DNA from: Dehalococcoidia bacterium
GTDB lineage: Bacteria; Chloroflexota; Dehalococcoidia; Plut-88900
Reading direction: 5' to 3'
Assembly (NCBI GenBank): GCA_965197585.1
Contig: OZ240215.1
Span: forward strand, 3,232,001-3,296,000
Length of the DNA: 64,000 nt
Shown: positions 27,441 to 37,747 of the stretch, piece after piece
How positions within the stretch are numbered: position 1 is the first letter of the stretch
How the letters are laid out: each line of letters begins with the position of its first letter
Program-made: the position numbers and the translations under genes
The notes under the pieces: model-generated
Told to the model about the DNA's origin: nothing
The model's database searches: none
Seen by the model: the letters and a program-made list of their open reading frames with translations, nothing else

Positions 27441-29327
27441 TTGGTAACGGCAGACGAAGTAATAGAGGGAGTAACCTCTAGGTCCAAGACTCTGGACACG
27501 GCCTGGAGTTGGATCACGACTGTCGATCACAAGCGGATCGGCATCCTCTACATGGTCACAGCGATAATCTTCTTCTTCGGCGCGGGGATCGAAGCGCTGG
27601 TGATGCGGACTCAGCTGGCGAGACCCGACAGCACACTGGTCGAAGCGGAAACCTTTAACCAGATGTTCACCATGCACGCTCTCTCAATGATCTTCCTGGG
27701 CGTGATGCCCATGAGCGTCGCCTTCTTCAACCTCATAGTGCCGCTGGCCATTGGCGCCCGTGACGTAGCCTTCCCGAGGCTCAACGCCCTAAGCTACTGG
27801 ATATTCCTCTTCGGCGGCCTGCTGCTCAACGGTGGCTTCATATCTGGAATGGGTTCCCCGGACGCGGGCTGGTTCGCCTATGCCAACCTGACGGAAGAGC
27901 CGTTCTCCAAGGGTCAAGGGATGAGCTTCTACGCCCTGGGACTGATCACCTTGGGGGTGTCGTCACTCGCGGGCGCATTTAACTTCTTAGTCACCATCAT
28001 CAACATGAGGGCGCCGGGTATGACTCTGATGAGGATGCCGCCCTTCATCTGGATGACTCTCGTGACCTCCTTCCTGTTGGTTACGGCGATGCCCGTGATC
28101 ACTGTCGGCCTTATACAGATCCTCTTCGACCGGAACTTCGGGACCAACTTCTTCGACACCACTGCAGGCGGCAGCCCGGTGCTCTGGCAGCACGTCTTCT
28201 GGCTGTTCGGCCATCCCGAAGTCTACATCCTGATATTGCCCGCCATGGGCATAGTTTCCGAGATCATCCCCACCTTCTCCCGTAAACCACTTTTCGGGTA
28301 CCACTTCGTGATCTTCTCGGGTATCGTCATCGGATTTATGGGCTGGGGTGTGTGGAGCCACCACATGTTCACGGTGGGTCTGGGTAACATCGCAAACTCT
28401 GTGTTCGCAATAACCACGATGCTCATAGCAATCCCGACGGGCGTTAAGATATTCAACTGGCTTGGGACCATGTGGGGAGGATCGATCAGATTCTCGACGC
28501 CCATGCTCTTCGCGCTCGGATTCGTGGCTATGTTCATACTCGGCGGCCTGAGTGGCGTGACCCACGCCTCGCCCCCCGCCGACGCCCAGCAACAGGACAG
28601 CTACTACATCGTCGCCCACCTGCACTACGTGCTGTTCGGCGGCAGCATCATGGGCCTGCTCGCCGGGATCTACTACTGGTTCCCCAAGGTGACCGGCCGG
28701 ATGCTCAACGACAATCTCGGTAAGCTCCACTTCTGGCTGGTGATGTTTGGGTCGAACCTCACCTTCTTCCCCATGCACATCCTGGGCCTGGTGGGCATGC
28801 CCCGCAGGGTGTACACCTACTCCGCCACGTCAGGCTTCGAGGCGTACAACCTGCTTCAGACTGTGGGAGCATTTATCCTCGCCGCTTCCTTCCTGATCTT
28901 CCTGCACAATGTGTTCAGCTCGCTAAGGAAAGGCGCTAGGGCTGGCAAGGACCCGTGGGACGGGCGCACCCTGGAATGGACTATCCCTTCTCCTCCCCCC
29001 CACTACAATTTCGTGGAGATTCCTGCCATCCACAGCCGGGAGCCCGCTTGGGACATGAAGTACGGTCACGACTCCGAAGGCGCTATGCCCATCGAGAGAC
29101 CGGACGCCCCGGGTGCCCAGCTATACAACGAGGCGGAAGAGGAAGACCACCCGGAAATCCATATGCCCAGCCCTTCCTACTGGCCCATTGTGGTGGCCGC
29201 GGGATTCGGCATTGCGGGAGCTCTGTTCATTGTGGGGCCATGGTACAGCTCCATTGGGCTGGTAATCGCCATGATAGGGCTCTACTCCTGGGCCGCCGAG
29301 CCCGTATCGAAAGATGAGCACCATTAG
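27441..29327 (+). CDS. ctaD: Cytochrome c oxidase subunit I (A1 type)
   Basis: TTVDHKRIG, FGHPEVY, WSHHMF and AHLHYV. Confidence 0.96.
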   Translation: MVTADEVIEGVTSRSKTLDTAWSWITTVDHKRIGILYMVTAIIFFFGAGIEALVMRTQLARPDSTLVEAETFNQMFTMHALSMIFLGVMPMSVAFFNLIVPLAIGARDVAFPRLNALSYWIFLFGGLLLNGGFISGMGSPDAGWFAYANLTEEPFSKGQGMSFYALGLITLGVSSLAGAFNFLVTIINMRAPGMTLMRMPPFIWMTLVTSFLLVTAMPVITVGLIQILFDRNFGTNFFDTTAGGSPVLWQHVFWLFGHPEVYILILPAMGIVSEIIPTFSRKPLFGYHFVIFSGIVIGFMGWGVWSHHMFTVGLGNIANSVFAITTMLIAIPTGVKIFNWLGTMWGGSIRFSTPMLFALGFVAMFILGGLSGVTHASPPADAQQQDSYYIVAHLHYVLFGGSIMGLLAGIYYWFPKVTGRMLNDNLGKLHFWLVMFGSNLTFFPMHILGLVGMPRRVYTYSATSGFEAYNLLQTVGAFILAASFLIFLHNVFSSLRKGARAGKDPWDGRTLEWTIPSPPPHYNFVEIPAIHSREPAWDMKYGHDSEGAMPIERPDAPGAQLYNEAEEEDHPEIHMPSPSYWPIVVAAGFGIAGALFIVGPWYSSIGLVIAMIGLYSWAAEPVSKDEHH

Positions 29328-29372
29328 CCTGCATACCTGCGCAATATAGCCGTATCACAACGGAGAACCCTT

Positions 29373-30044
29373 TTGGCCCACGCCGCTACAACTGAACACA
29401 GCCCGGAGCACGAGACCACCACCGGTCTGGATCATCGCAAACTTGCGATGTGGGCCTTCCTGGGCTCCGAGTGCCTATTCTTCGGCACTTTCATTTCGAC
29501 ATACCTCGTATACCGGAATCAGAGCCTGGTAGGCCCCTACCCCAAAGACATCATCAGTATTCCGGTTACCTCGGTAAGCACCTTCGTGCTGCTCATGAGC
29601 AGCTTCATGATGGTGATGGCCCTTTACTCCATAAGGAGGGGCGACAACAAGGGATTCCGGGTCTGGGTAATTGGTACGGCTTTGCTCGGGTCTGTATTCC
29701 TCGGCTTTCAGGTCTTCGAATTCCGGGAGTTCTACATTCACGGCCTCTCCCCGTCAACCAACCTGTTCGGGACCACCTTCTTTGTCCTGACGGGGTTCCA
29801 TGGCGCTCACGTGACCGGAGGCGTAATCTGGCTGGTGTCGCTCTTCGGCCAATCGGTGAACGGCACGCTGACCCAGAAAGATTCTCTGAGAGTGGAGTTG
29901 GCGGGCCTTTACTGGCACTTCGTCGACATTGTCTGGATTATTATTTTCACCCTGGTGTACTTGCTGGGCGCAGAGGACGGACCGGTAGGCGAGGCCGGTC
30001 ATGCCTTGCTCTCGGGCGGTTTGACGAAGTTCCCGATGGTTTAG
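29373..30044 (+). CDS. ctaE: Cytochrome c oxidase subunit III
   Basis: FLGSECLFF, TGFHGAHV and GLYWHFVDIVW. Confidence 0.95.
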   Translation: MAHAATTEHSPEHETTTGLDHRKLAMWAFLGSECLFFGTFISTYLVYRNQSLVGPYPKDIISIPVTSVSTFVLLMSSFMMVMALYSIRRGDNKGFRVWVIGTALLGSVFLGFQVFEFREFYIHGLSPSTNLFGTTFFVLTGFHGAHVTGGVIWLVSLFGQSVNGTLTQKDSLRVELAGLYWHFVDIVWIIIFTLVYLLGAEDGPVGEAGHALLSGGLTKFPMV

Positions 30045-30078
30045 GGACCGGAACTAAGGCAACAATTAAGCACAGCTG

Positions 30079-30411
30079 ATGCAGGACGACGCAATAAATA
30101 CCGCTGCCGGGTCTGGCCATTCTCCTGAGGATGACGGGCACCCTACCGTAGCTAAATACATCAAGATAGCGATAATTCTGGCGTTGATCACGCTTATAGA
30201 AGTGGGCGTGTTCTACCTGGATTTCGACAGGACGCTCTTCATAATCGTTTTCTTGGTTATGTCGGGCGTCAAGTTCGCCATCGTCATCATGTTCTACATG
30301 CACCTGAAGTTCGATGATATCCTCTTCTCCAGGCTCTTCATTGGCGGCCTTACCTTGGCTGCCGCTGCTCTCTTCTCCCTCTTGGGCCTGTTCCAGATCC
30401 TGGTAGAGTAG
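30079..30411 (+). CDS. ctaF: Cytochrome c oxidase subunit IV family protein
   Basis: LITLIEV and KFAIVIMFYMHLKFD; three TM segments. Confidence 0.85.
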   Translation: MQDDAINTAAGSGHSPEDDGHPTVAKYIKIAIILALITLIEVGVFYLDFDRTLFIIVFLVMSGVKFAIVIMFYMHLKFDDILFSRLFIGGLTLAAAALFSLLGLFQILVE

Positions 30412-30469
30412 CCTCCGGGCCCCCAGCGACGCGTTTTTGGGCTCTCGCCCCTGATTTCCGAGGTGCACT

Positions 30470-31315
30470 GTGCCGGTCGATGGCGGTTTCACTCCCGAAT
30501 TCTCCTGGCTGAACTGGGGCGGCGACATCAGCGTGGTCGCCGGGGTTTTCCTGCTGGAGGCCCTGTACCTGCTGTCCGTGGGGCCTCTGCGGCCCCGATT
30601 CCCCGGCTCATCGGACGTCAGCACCCGGCGGATAGTCTTATTCAGCCTCGGCCTGTGGTCCATCTTCTTTGCCCTCTACTCTCCACTGGACCAGCTCAGC
30701 GATCACTATCTGTTCAGTGCGCACATGATCCAGCACCTGCTCCTGGTACTGGTGGGCCCCCCTCTAATGCTTCTGGGCACTCCGGGATGGATGCTGAGAC
30801 CCTTCCTCGGGATACCCGGGGTATTCGGCGTCGCCAAAGTTCTGACCTATCCCGTGCTCGCAGCTCTCCTATTCAACCTCCTGTTCGCCGTCTGGCATGT
30901 GCCTGCGATTTACGAGGCGGGACTGAACAGACTTTCGGTGCATATTGTCCAGCACTTGACCTTTATAGCTGCCGGTGTGATCATGTGGTGGCCCGTACTT
31001 AGCCCCATGAAAGAACTGCCCCGCCTCCCTTACGCAGGACAGGTGCTCTACCTCTTTGTGCTTTCAATCCCTCCGGCAATAGTCGGCGCCCTCATAACCT
31101 TCTCCGACAGTATCCTCTACGAGACCTACGCCGCCGCACCCGAGATCTGGGGTATTTCGACACAGGCCGATCAGCAAATTGGCGGTGTGATCATGAAGCT
31201 GCCGGGCTTCCTGATTTTCCTTCTGGCGGCGGGCATTATCTTCTTCACCTGGGCCGCCAAGGAGGACGAGAGAGACCGGCTGGAGGCGGCTGAGCATTTG
31301 AAGGACCTCAACTAG
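30470..31315 (+). CDS. ctaG: caa3-type oxidase assembly factor
   Basis: SPLD...YLFSAHMIQHLLL, WHVP and DQQIGGVIMK. Confidence 0.9.
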   Translation: MPVDGGFTPEFSWLNWGGDISVVAGVFLLEALYLLSVGPLRPRFPGSSDVSTRRIVLFSLGLWSIFFALYSPLDQLSDHYLFSAHMIQHLLLVLVGPPLMLLGTPGWMLRPFLGIPGVFGVAKVLTYPVLAALLFNLLFAVWHVPAIYEAGLNRLSVHIVQHLTFIAAGVIMWWPVLSPMKELPRLPYAGQVLYLFVLSIPPAIVGALITFSDSILYETYAAAPEIWGISTQADQQIGGVIMKLPGFLIFLLAAGIIFFTWAAKEDERDRLEAAEHLKDLN

Positions 31316-31327
31316 AGGTTCTCCAGC

Positions 31328-32155
31328 ATGACCACAGTCACGGATATAGTCTCCCGAGCGGGGGCGAGCGCCGTGTTCATGTGTGATTTCTCGCCTCCCC
31401 GCACCCCGAGTGCAAACTGGCCGGACGAGGTGCTATCCCTCAACCCCGACCTGATCTGCGTCCCCCACCTGGCCCCCCACCCCACCCGCCCCGACGCCAT
31501 AACTGCCGCACACCTGATACGGGACAAGACCGGCGCAGAGGTAGTCTTCAACTTTGCCACCCGGGATGCAAGGAAATCGGAAGTCTGGGAGCGGCTTGGT
31601 AACGCCCGCAGCCTGGGCTTGGAAAACATAGTGGTATTGCTAGGAGATGCGGACAGGGGGGTGGGCAGCGTAGCTCGCGAGAATAGCTTTAAGCCAACCG
31701 AGCTTATTCGTGAGTTACAAGGCTTAGATGAAGGTTTCTGTGTGGGTGCGGTGGTGGACCTAGCCAAGGGTGTGGATCAGGAGGCCGACCTTTCTCGTCG
31801 AAAAATCGATGCGGGAGCAGACTTCCTACTCGTGCAGCCGACCTTCGATATAGACGCTGCAGAGCGGTTTCTGGCAAAAGCAGACACGTCTATTCCCATG
31901 TTCTTCGGGGTCCAGGTACTGGTTAAAGGAGGCGTTGCATTCACCCCGGTTCCGGATTCCCTGCGCCTGGAAATCGAAAGTGGACGGTCGGGTGTGGATG
32001 CCGCGAAGGAGATGATATCCCGTTTCCTCCGAATAGGCATAAACTGCTTCTACCTCATAGCTCCTGTATACCGGGGCGGGATGCGGGACTACAGTGCAGC
32101 ACGCAAGGTAATGGCCTCTTTCGAAAGCGGGTCGGGATCAGCCGCACCTGTATAA
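31328..32155 (+). CDS. Methylenetetrahydrofolate reductase-like flavoprotein (divergent)
   Basis: DFSPPR, NFATRD, ENIVVLLGD and KIDAGADFLLVQPTFD. Confidence 0.7.
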   Translation: MTTVTDIVSRAGASAVFMCDFSPPRTPSANWPDEVLSLNPDLICVPHLAPHPTRPDAITAAHLIRDKTGAEVVFNFATRDARKSEVWERLGNARSLGLENIVVLLGDADRGVGSVARENSFKPTELIRELQGLDEGFCVGAVVDLAKGVDQEADLSRRKIDAGADFLLVQPTFDIDAAERFLAKADTSIPMFFGVQVLVKGGVAFTPVPDSLRLEIESGRSGVDAAKEMISRFLRIGINCFYLIAPVYRGGMRDYSAARKVMASFESGSGSAAPV

Positions 32156-32194
32156 TGGAGCCTGAGCAAGGGTAACCACGAAGGGAGGAATGTT

Positions 32195-32575
32195 ATGGCT
32201 ATCGAACGGGTGAACCCGGAGAATGTTTACCATTTGACTGGGCTTAGCGCCACGGTCAAGGTCGGCAATATGATCCATATCTCAGGGCAGGTGGCCCTGG
32301 ACATCAACATGAACACTGTAGGTGATGACGCTGCCACCCAGCTGAAGCAGATCTACAAAAACCTGGACGACCTGTGCCGTGCCCACGGCGGCAGTCTGGC
32401 TAACATGGTGAAGACCATCACCTACATCACCGATCTGTCCCAATACGCCGCGGTCAGCGCTGCCCGAGAAGAAGCCTACGGCGACAACCCGCCGGCCAAC
32501 TCGACCCTCGTGATCTCTGCTCTAGCCAAACCCGAGTGGCTCGTGGAGATCGAAGGGATAGCCCACATCGAATAG
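32195..32575 (+). CDS. RidA/YjgF-family protein
   Basis: ISGQVA, PPANSTLVISALA and LVEIEGIA. Confidence 0.9.
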   Translation: MAIERVNPENVYHLTGLSATVKVGNMIHISGQVALDINMNTVGDDAATQLKQIYKNLDDLCRAHGGSLANMVKTITYITDLSQYAAVSAAREEAYGDNPPANSTLVISALAKPEWLVEIEGIAHIE

Positions 32576-32587
32576 GACGGGACGCAT

Positions 32588-33016
32588 ATGCTTTCAGCGC
32601 CGGTAAGGGAGTTCTTGGCCAAAAATCACGACGGCGTGTTCACCACATTTCGGAAAAATGGGACGGTGCAAATGAGCATCGTGACCTGTGGCCTGTACGG
32701 TGATGGCGTGGCCTTCACGACGGCCCGGAGCCCTGCGAAGCTGGCCAATCTGAGTCGGGACCCGAAGTGCTCCATCTTGGTCTCGCAGCACAATTGGTGG
32801 GGGTACGTCGTCTTGCAAGGCACTGCGCGTATCTGCACCCCCGAGAACACGGACCCCGATGAGCTGAGGCAGATACTTCGTGATGTCTACCAGGCAGCCT
32901 CCGGCCAAACCCATCCCGACTGGGACGAATACGACCAGGTTGTGGCAGCTGAAGGCCGACCTGTGGTGGTTGTTTCAACCGAGAGCGAATTCATCAAGAT
33001 ACTCCGGCCGGCCTAG
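32588..33016 (+). CDS. PPOX-class F420-dependent oxidoreductase
   Basis: TTFRKNGTVQMS, KLANLSRDP and HPDWDEYD. Confidence 0.85.
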   Translation: MLSAPVREFLAKNHDGVFTTFRKNGTVQMSIVTCGLYGDGVAFTTARSPAKLANLSRDPKCSILVSQHNWWGYVVLQGTARICTPENTDPDELRQILRDVYQAASGQTHPDWDEYDQVVAAEGRPVVVVSTESEFIKILRPA

Positions 33017-33028
33017 GCCGACGGATAC

Positions 33029-33071
33029 AAAAAGCCCTGCTCCGGGACATGCCTCGGAGCAGGGCTTTTTT
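33029..33071. terminator. Bidirectional rho-independent terminator
   Basis: AAAAAGCCCTGCTCCG...CGGAGCAGGGCTTTTTT between convergent genes. Confidence 0.88.
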
Positions 33072-33090
33072 ACTTACCTGCGGTGTTGGA

Positions 33091-33762
33091 TCAGGTCCCG
33101 GCCATTTGGACCTCTTGTGTCTGGTTGACCAGGCTGACGATGATGTTAATTGCCTCTCGGAGGCTGATCTTCCGGGTATTGATCACGATGTCATAGTGCT
33201 CCATGTCTTCCACATCGGCCTTGAAAAACTTCTTGATGTAGGCATGATGGGCCTTGTCCATCTCCTTTACCTTTTCCTCCGCCTCCTCCCGGGAGATGTG
33301 GAAGTAGTCCATTACCCGGGGAATGCGCACGTCTAGCGGTGCGTGGAGGAATATGTGAAGGGAGCCCGGATGGTCCTTGAGCACCAGTTGGGCGCCACGG
33401 CTCACCAGTACAACACTCTCGCTCTCCGCCATGTCGTGGATGACTGATTCAAGGGCGTTGGCGTATTTTTCCTCGGTGAGAACGTCGCCCGTGGGCACGT
33501 AGTGTGGCCCGAGATCGAAGGGGGCCACGGGCCCGGCTGATATCTGCTCGAAAGCGCGGCCCAACTCCTTGGCGATCCGCCCTCTAAGGCCCCAGGGCAC
33601 ATGGTCAATGTCCGCGACTTCGTCGACGGAGGTGTCCAGGTGTCGGGCAACTTCACTCAGGATCTGACGGTCCACGTATCGCACGTTCATTACCCGTGCG
33701 ACTTCGGGCGCGATTATGTATGCGCCGCTTCCAATGAGTCCTCGAATCGTAATAGCCGGCAT
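33091..33762 (-). CDS. Cytidylate kinase-like family protein
   Basis: ITIRGLIGSG, VSRGAQ, HIFLHAP and YDIVINT. Confidence 0.8.
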   Translation of the reverse strand: MPAITIRGLIGSGAYIIAPEVARVMNVRYVDRQILSEVARHLDTSVDEVADIDHVPWGLRGRIAKELGRAFEQISAGPVAPFDLGPHYVPTGDVLTEEKYANALESVIHDMAESESVVLVSRGAQLVLKDHPGSLHIFLHAPLDVRIPRVMDYFHISREEAEEKVKEMDKAHHAYIKKFFKADVEDMEHYDIVINTRKISLREAINIIVSLVNQTQEVQMAGT

Positions 33763-33891
33763 CTTACCCTCCTACCCCCGAGTTTCCCTCGAAAAAAGTC
33801 TTTAGATTGCTCAAAAAGAGCGCTCCGCCACATACGCAGGCAGTGTTTCGGCTGGGGAGTATAATTCTATCACACTTCCCCCATCCGAGGC

Positions 33892-34650
33892 TTGCTTCTG
33901 GGTTTTCTCGACAGACTTCGCGACAGGTTACGACGGGCTCCTGCACCCGTGCCTCTGGCCCCCGCTGTAAACCGCAATATAGTGGTTTTGCTGATATACC
34001 CCAAGGATCTGGACAGGGAACCTGTCGGGACTAACGTGCACGCAGGGGATGACACCTATCATCTGTCTTGGCCGGTCAGGATTCCCGAGCAGCAGCTTTT
34101 CAACGCTGTTTCCACAGGGAAGGCCTGGCTGAACGAAGTCCTGGGGGTTGACCTACAGTGGTACGCCATCGAACGACTGGAGTCCCTGGCCCCCTTATCG
34201 GAATGGCGTGAGCACGGCATAGCAGTGCTCAAAAGGGAGATTGAGGAGAGGTGCAAACCGGCGTCCAGAGAGTACATTTATCTGGGTTTCGTTCGGGGCA
34301 TGGGGGGATATGCGGGAGGGATCGGGTACTCGGAGTCGGCGCCGGGATTTGCCATGCTGGGAGACATATGCCTTGAGGCTCTCTGCTCCTATCCACTGCC
34401 AAACTCCGCATCAGCGCTGCTGGACGAGTCTTGGCCCGACAGCGCACGGAGCAGTGTAGGGCAAACCGCAGCCTTCCTTCATGAGCTTCTTCACGGACTT
34501 GGCCTTCACCATCCCGACGCCTGGCCTGCATCCCAGAGGCCCAATTGGTCCGACACCATCATGGGCTACTGGTGGAACATGCCCCGCTTCGCCCGTACCA
34601 AGGGGCTGACGGGTCGGGAAATAGAGCGAGTGCTCCAGTGGCTCGACTAA
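33892..34650 (+). CDS. Putative zinc metalloprotease (metzincin motif)
   Basis: HELLHGLGLHH (HExxHxxGxxH) and Met-turn TIMG. Confidence 0.7.
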   Translation: MLLGFLDRLRDRLRRAPAPVPLAPAVNRNIVVLLIYPKDLDREPVGTNVHAGDDTYHLSWPVRIPEQQLFNAVSTGKAWLNEVLGVDLQWYAIERLESLAPLSEWREHGIAVLKREIEERCKPASREYIYLGFVRGMGGYAGGIGYSESAPGFAMLGDICLEALCSYPLPNSASALLDESWPDSARSSVGQTAAFLHELLHGLGLHHPDAWPASQRPNWSDTIMGYWWNMPRFARTKGLTGREIERVLQWLD

Positions 34651-34732
34651 TATGTTGGCCCGCCTAGCGCGGGGTCGGGGCACGCCCGTATAATGAGCGC
34701 CGATCCACCAAACCACCTTGGAGGCGAACTAT

Positions 34733-35407
34733 ATGCTCTCATTCATCGGCGGCACCGGCCCTGAAGGGTTGGGCCTCGCGTTCCGATTCCTTCTGGCCGG
34801 TCACGACATAGTCATCGGGTCCCGATCCGCCGAACGGGCCTCAGCCGCAGCGGACAAGCTCACCGAGATGCTGGCCGCGGTCCCAGCCGAAAAGGCGGGG
34901 TTAAATGTAGGCAAGGCCTCCGGCATGGAGAACGAACCGGCCGTCGCCGCCAGTGATGTGGTAATTATCACTGTTCCATACTCGGGACAGGCCGCCATCC
35001 TAGCTGCCTTGCGGGATGCCATCGGCGACAAACTGGTCGTGGACACAGTGGTGCCCGTTCAGTTCGCCAAGGGAAAGATCACGGCCATACCCGTAGACGA
35101 GGGCTCCGCCGCCGAACAGGCCAAGGCCGTCCTTCCCGATGCTACCGTCGTCTCGGCCTTCCAGAACCTGAGCGCCGAGACCCTCATGGACCACAATGAG
35201 CAGATTGACTGTTCGGTCGTCGTTTGCGGCGGAGACAAGGATGCCCGCCGACGCGTGATGGACTTAGCCGAGGATATCGAAGGGATTCATGCGGTGAACG
35301 GAGGCGGCCTCGCCAACTCCCGCTACGTAGAGGACTTCACCACGCTCATCCTGAACATTAACCGCATCTACAAGTCCCACGCGTCTATGAAGCTAGTGGG
35401 CCTCTAG
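34733..35407 (+). CDS. npdG: F420H2:NADP+ oxidoreductase
   Basis: IGGTGPEGLGLA, IGSRS, EGSAAEQ and VVSAFQNLSA. Confidence 0.9.
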   Translation: MLSFIGGTGPEGLGLAFRFLLAGHDIVIGSRSAERASAAADKLTEMLAAVPAEKAGLNVGKASGMENEPAVAASDVVIITVPYSGQAAILAALRDAIGDKLVVDTVVPVQFAKGKITAIPVDEGSAAEQAKAVLPDATVVSAFQNLSAETLMDHNEQIDCSVVVCGGDKDARRRVMDLAEDIEGIHAVNGGGLANSRYVEDFTTLILNINRIYKSHASMKLVGL

Positions 35408-35423
35408 TACCCGGCGGCGTAGC

Positions 35424-36179
35424 ATGGTCAATAGAGTCGAGATTCTCGGCTTGTCCGGCATCCCCGAGGTTCGTGAGGGCGACGACGTTGCCCAGCTGAT
35501 CTTGGACGCGGCAATCGCCTCAGATGTCGCCCTTGAATCGGGAGACGTGGTGGTGGTGAAGCAGAAGATCGTTTCCAAGGCTGAGGGCCGGGTCATTCTT
35601 CTGGACGAGATTACGCCGTCTTCCCTGGCCCTTGAGATCGGGCAGCGCTACGAAAAGGACCCCCGCCATGTCGAGGCCGTCCTGCGGGAGAGCAGCCGCA
35701 TTGTGAAGATGGACCAGGGCCTGGTCATCGCAGAGACCAGGAACGGATTGATATGCGCCAACGCGGGCGTTGACGCTTCCAACGTGGGACTCGACCAGGC
35801 AGTCGTACTCCTGCCGGAAGACCCGGACGCCTCAGCGGATGCTATACGGGCTGCACTGGAGGATCAGTCGGACAGCAAGCTTGGTGTAATAGTTTCGGAC
35901 AGCATCGGTAGGCCGTGGCGCAAAGGAATAATCGACCTGGCCATCGGGGTCTCCGGGCTTGTGCCACTTCGGGACTACGTGGGTGAAACGGATGATGACG
36001 GACGGGAGCTTAAGGTCACCGTGGTCGCAGAGGCTGACGAGCTGGCTTCCGCCGCCGAACTTGTAACCGGGAAGCTGGAGAGATGCCCAGTGGCGGTTAT
36101 CAAAGGAAGCGGCGTACCGTTGGGAAGCGGCCGGTCTACCGACTTGGTAATGGACCCGGCAAAAGACCTGTTCAGATAA
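35424..36179 (+). CDS. cofE: Coenzyme F420-0:L-glutamate ligase (single domain)
   Basis: KIVSKAEG, ANAGVDASN, SDSIGRPWR and DLFR. Confidence 0.93.
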   Translation: MVNRVEILGLSGIPEVREGDDVAQLILDAAIASDVALESGDVVVVKQKIVSKAEGRVILLDEITPSSLALEIGQRYEKDPRHVEAVLRESSRIVKMDQGLVIAETRNGLICANAGVDASNVGLDQAVVLLPEDPDASADAIRAALEDQSDSKLGVIVSDSIGRPWRKGIIDLAIGVSGLVPLRDYVGETDDDGRELKVTVVAEADELASAAELVTGKLERCPVAVIKGSGVPLGSGRSTDLVMDPAKDLFR

Positions 36180-36208
36180 TCTATCCCCGACCCCTAAACC
36201 GTAGGTGA

Positions 36209-36670
36209 ATGAATATGGCTCTGCCAACAATGAATGAAGAAACGATACGTGAATTCCTTTCGGGGAGGCACGTAGGGGTTCTAGGCATCAATCGTCGGAA
36301 GGGTGGGCCTCAGTTGGTCCCCGTCTGGTATTCCTACGAGGATGGCTGTGTTTTGATACCCACCGAGCTTCGAGTAGCCAAGGTTGCCAACATATCCCGA
36401 GACCCGGAGGTCAGCTTCTGCGTCGACGACAAGTCCACACCTCACAAGGGAGTGGTGATGTACTGTACGGCGGAAGTCATACGGGAAGAGATAGCGGACA
36501 AGAGGCGGGAGATAATGTCGAAGTACGTTGGGGATGAAGAAGGGGAGAAAGTGGCTTCCGAACCCAGGCCCTTGGGCATGGCCTTGATTCGGCTAACTCC
36601 CCATCGCACCTACTCCTACGACTACTCGGCCGCCGACCAGGGCTGGTCGGACATCAAGGACTACCGGTAA
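36209..36670 (+). CDS. PPOX/pyridoxamine 5'-phosphate oxidase family protein
   Basis: GGPQLVPVWY and KVANISRDPEVSFCVD. Confidence 0.85.
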   Translation: MNMALPTMNEETIREFLSGRHVGVLGINRRKGGPQLVPVWYSYEDGCVLIPTELRVAKVANISRDPEVSFCVDDKSTPHKGVVMYCTAEVIREEIADKRREIMSKYVGDEEGEKVASEPRPLGMALIRLTPHRTYSYDYSAADQGWSDIKDYR

Positions 36671-36679
36671 TCGAGGTTT

Positions 36680-37048
36680 CTATTCGCCGATCTTGTCCTT
36701 AACGTCAAAGCGAAGCTGACCGAGGCCCGGAACAATGAAACCCATGGCTATCTTGTGAGGGCCGGGGTCCAGGTGAGCGCCCTTGACTACTATCGTGATC
36801 GCCTTGTTCAGGGCTATCGTGAATCTGTCGTCGTCGGATACCTCGGAGAAAGCAGTTTCGTTGCCTTCCATCACGAAGAACGTCCCGTCCATTGAGCATT
36901 CGACCCCGTCGAGTACCACCGGCGTCATACCCTTGGCGTACCCTGATCCCAGGCTGTTCTTAAGCTGAAAGCTCACCCCTGCCTCAGTGTTTTGCAGGCT
37001 TCCTTTAACATACAGCCTGCGTAGAAGAAACCCCGGTACCGTTACCAT
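36680..37048 (-). CDS. Hypothetical beta-rich protein
   Basis: 122-aa ORF, last gene of the minus-strand run, AAGGA RBS. Confidence 0.75.
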   Translation of the reverse strand: MVTVPGFLLRRLYVKGSLQNTEAGVSFQLKNSLGSGYAKGMTPVVLDGVECSMDGTFFVMEGNETAFSEVSDDDRFTIALNKAITIVVKGAHLDPGPHKIAMGFIVPGLGQLRFDVKDKIGE

Positions 37049-37087
37049 CTAATCATCCTTGTTGGTCCAGAGTGCCGTTTGGCCTCC

Positions 37088-37747
37088 CTAGTCCCCTGTT
37101 CCCTGTCTCATTCTGAATATGTTTACCTCTGCTTCCACGACTTCCGAGGGAAGAGTCCTCACGCTACCCAAGGCTCGAGCCTGGATATAGATCTGGGAGG
37201 CCCTTTCTACGAGTTCGCAGGCGCGGAGGGCGTCCGGCATGTCCCGGCCCGCGGCCACGACGCCGTGATTACGAATAAAGACGGCATTGCGCTCACCCAT
37301 GGCCTGGATTACCTTTTCTCCCAGGTCCTCGGTGCTTGGAAAGCCGTATTCCGCGACTTCCACCGGCCCACCCAGATAGGCGACCAGTTCGTCCAGGATG
37401 GGTGGTAGAGCCACACCGGCCACCGCCAGCACGCTGGCGTATATCGAGTGAGTGTGTATGACGGCGGAAATGTCAGGCCGAGCCTTGTATACGGCTACAT
37501 GAGTAAGAGACTCGGAGGAAGGCACGGTATCGCCTTCTATGACGTCCACGTCATAGTCTACGACTACGATGTCATCTGGCATCATGGTCTCGTAGTCCGT
37601 GCCGGCAGGAGTGACGGCTATCAGGCCCTCCTTCTCATCCCCTTCCAGCCTCATGCTCACGTTGCCGCTTGTCGCAGCAACCAACCCCAGGCGGAGCAGC
37701 TGCTGGGCCGCTTGGACCACGATTGTTCTTTCAGACTGCCATTTCAT
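37088..37747 (-). CDS. Class II aldolase/adducin family protein (L-fuculose-1-P aldolase-like)
   Basis: TSGNVS, PSSE, HTHS and NHG zinc ligands. Confidence 0.9.
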   Translation of the reverse strand: MKWQSERTIVVQAAQQLLRLGLVAATSGNVSMRLEGDEKEGLIAVTPAGTDYETMMPDDIVVVDYDVDVIEGDTVPSSESLTHVAVYKARPDISAVIHTHSIYASVLAVAGVALPPILDELVAYLGGPVEVAEYGFPSTEDLGEKVIQAMGERNAVFIRNHGVVAAGRDMPDALRACELVERASQIYIQARALGSVRTLPSEVVEAEVNIFRMRQGTGD

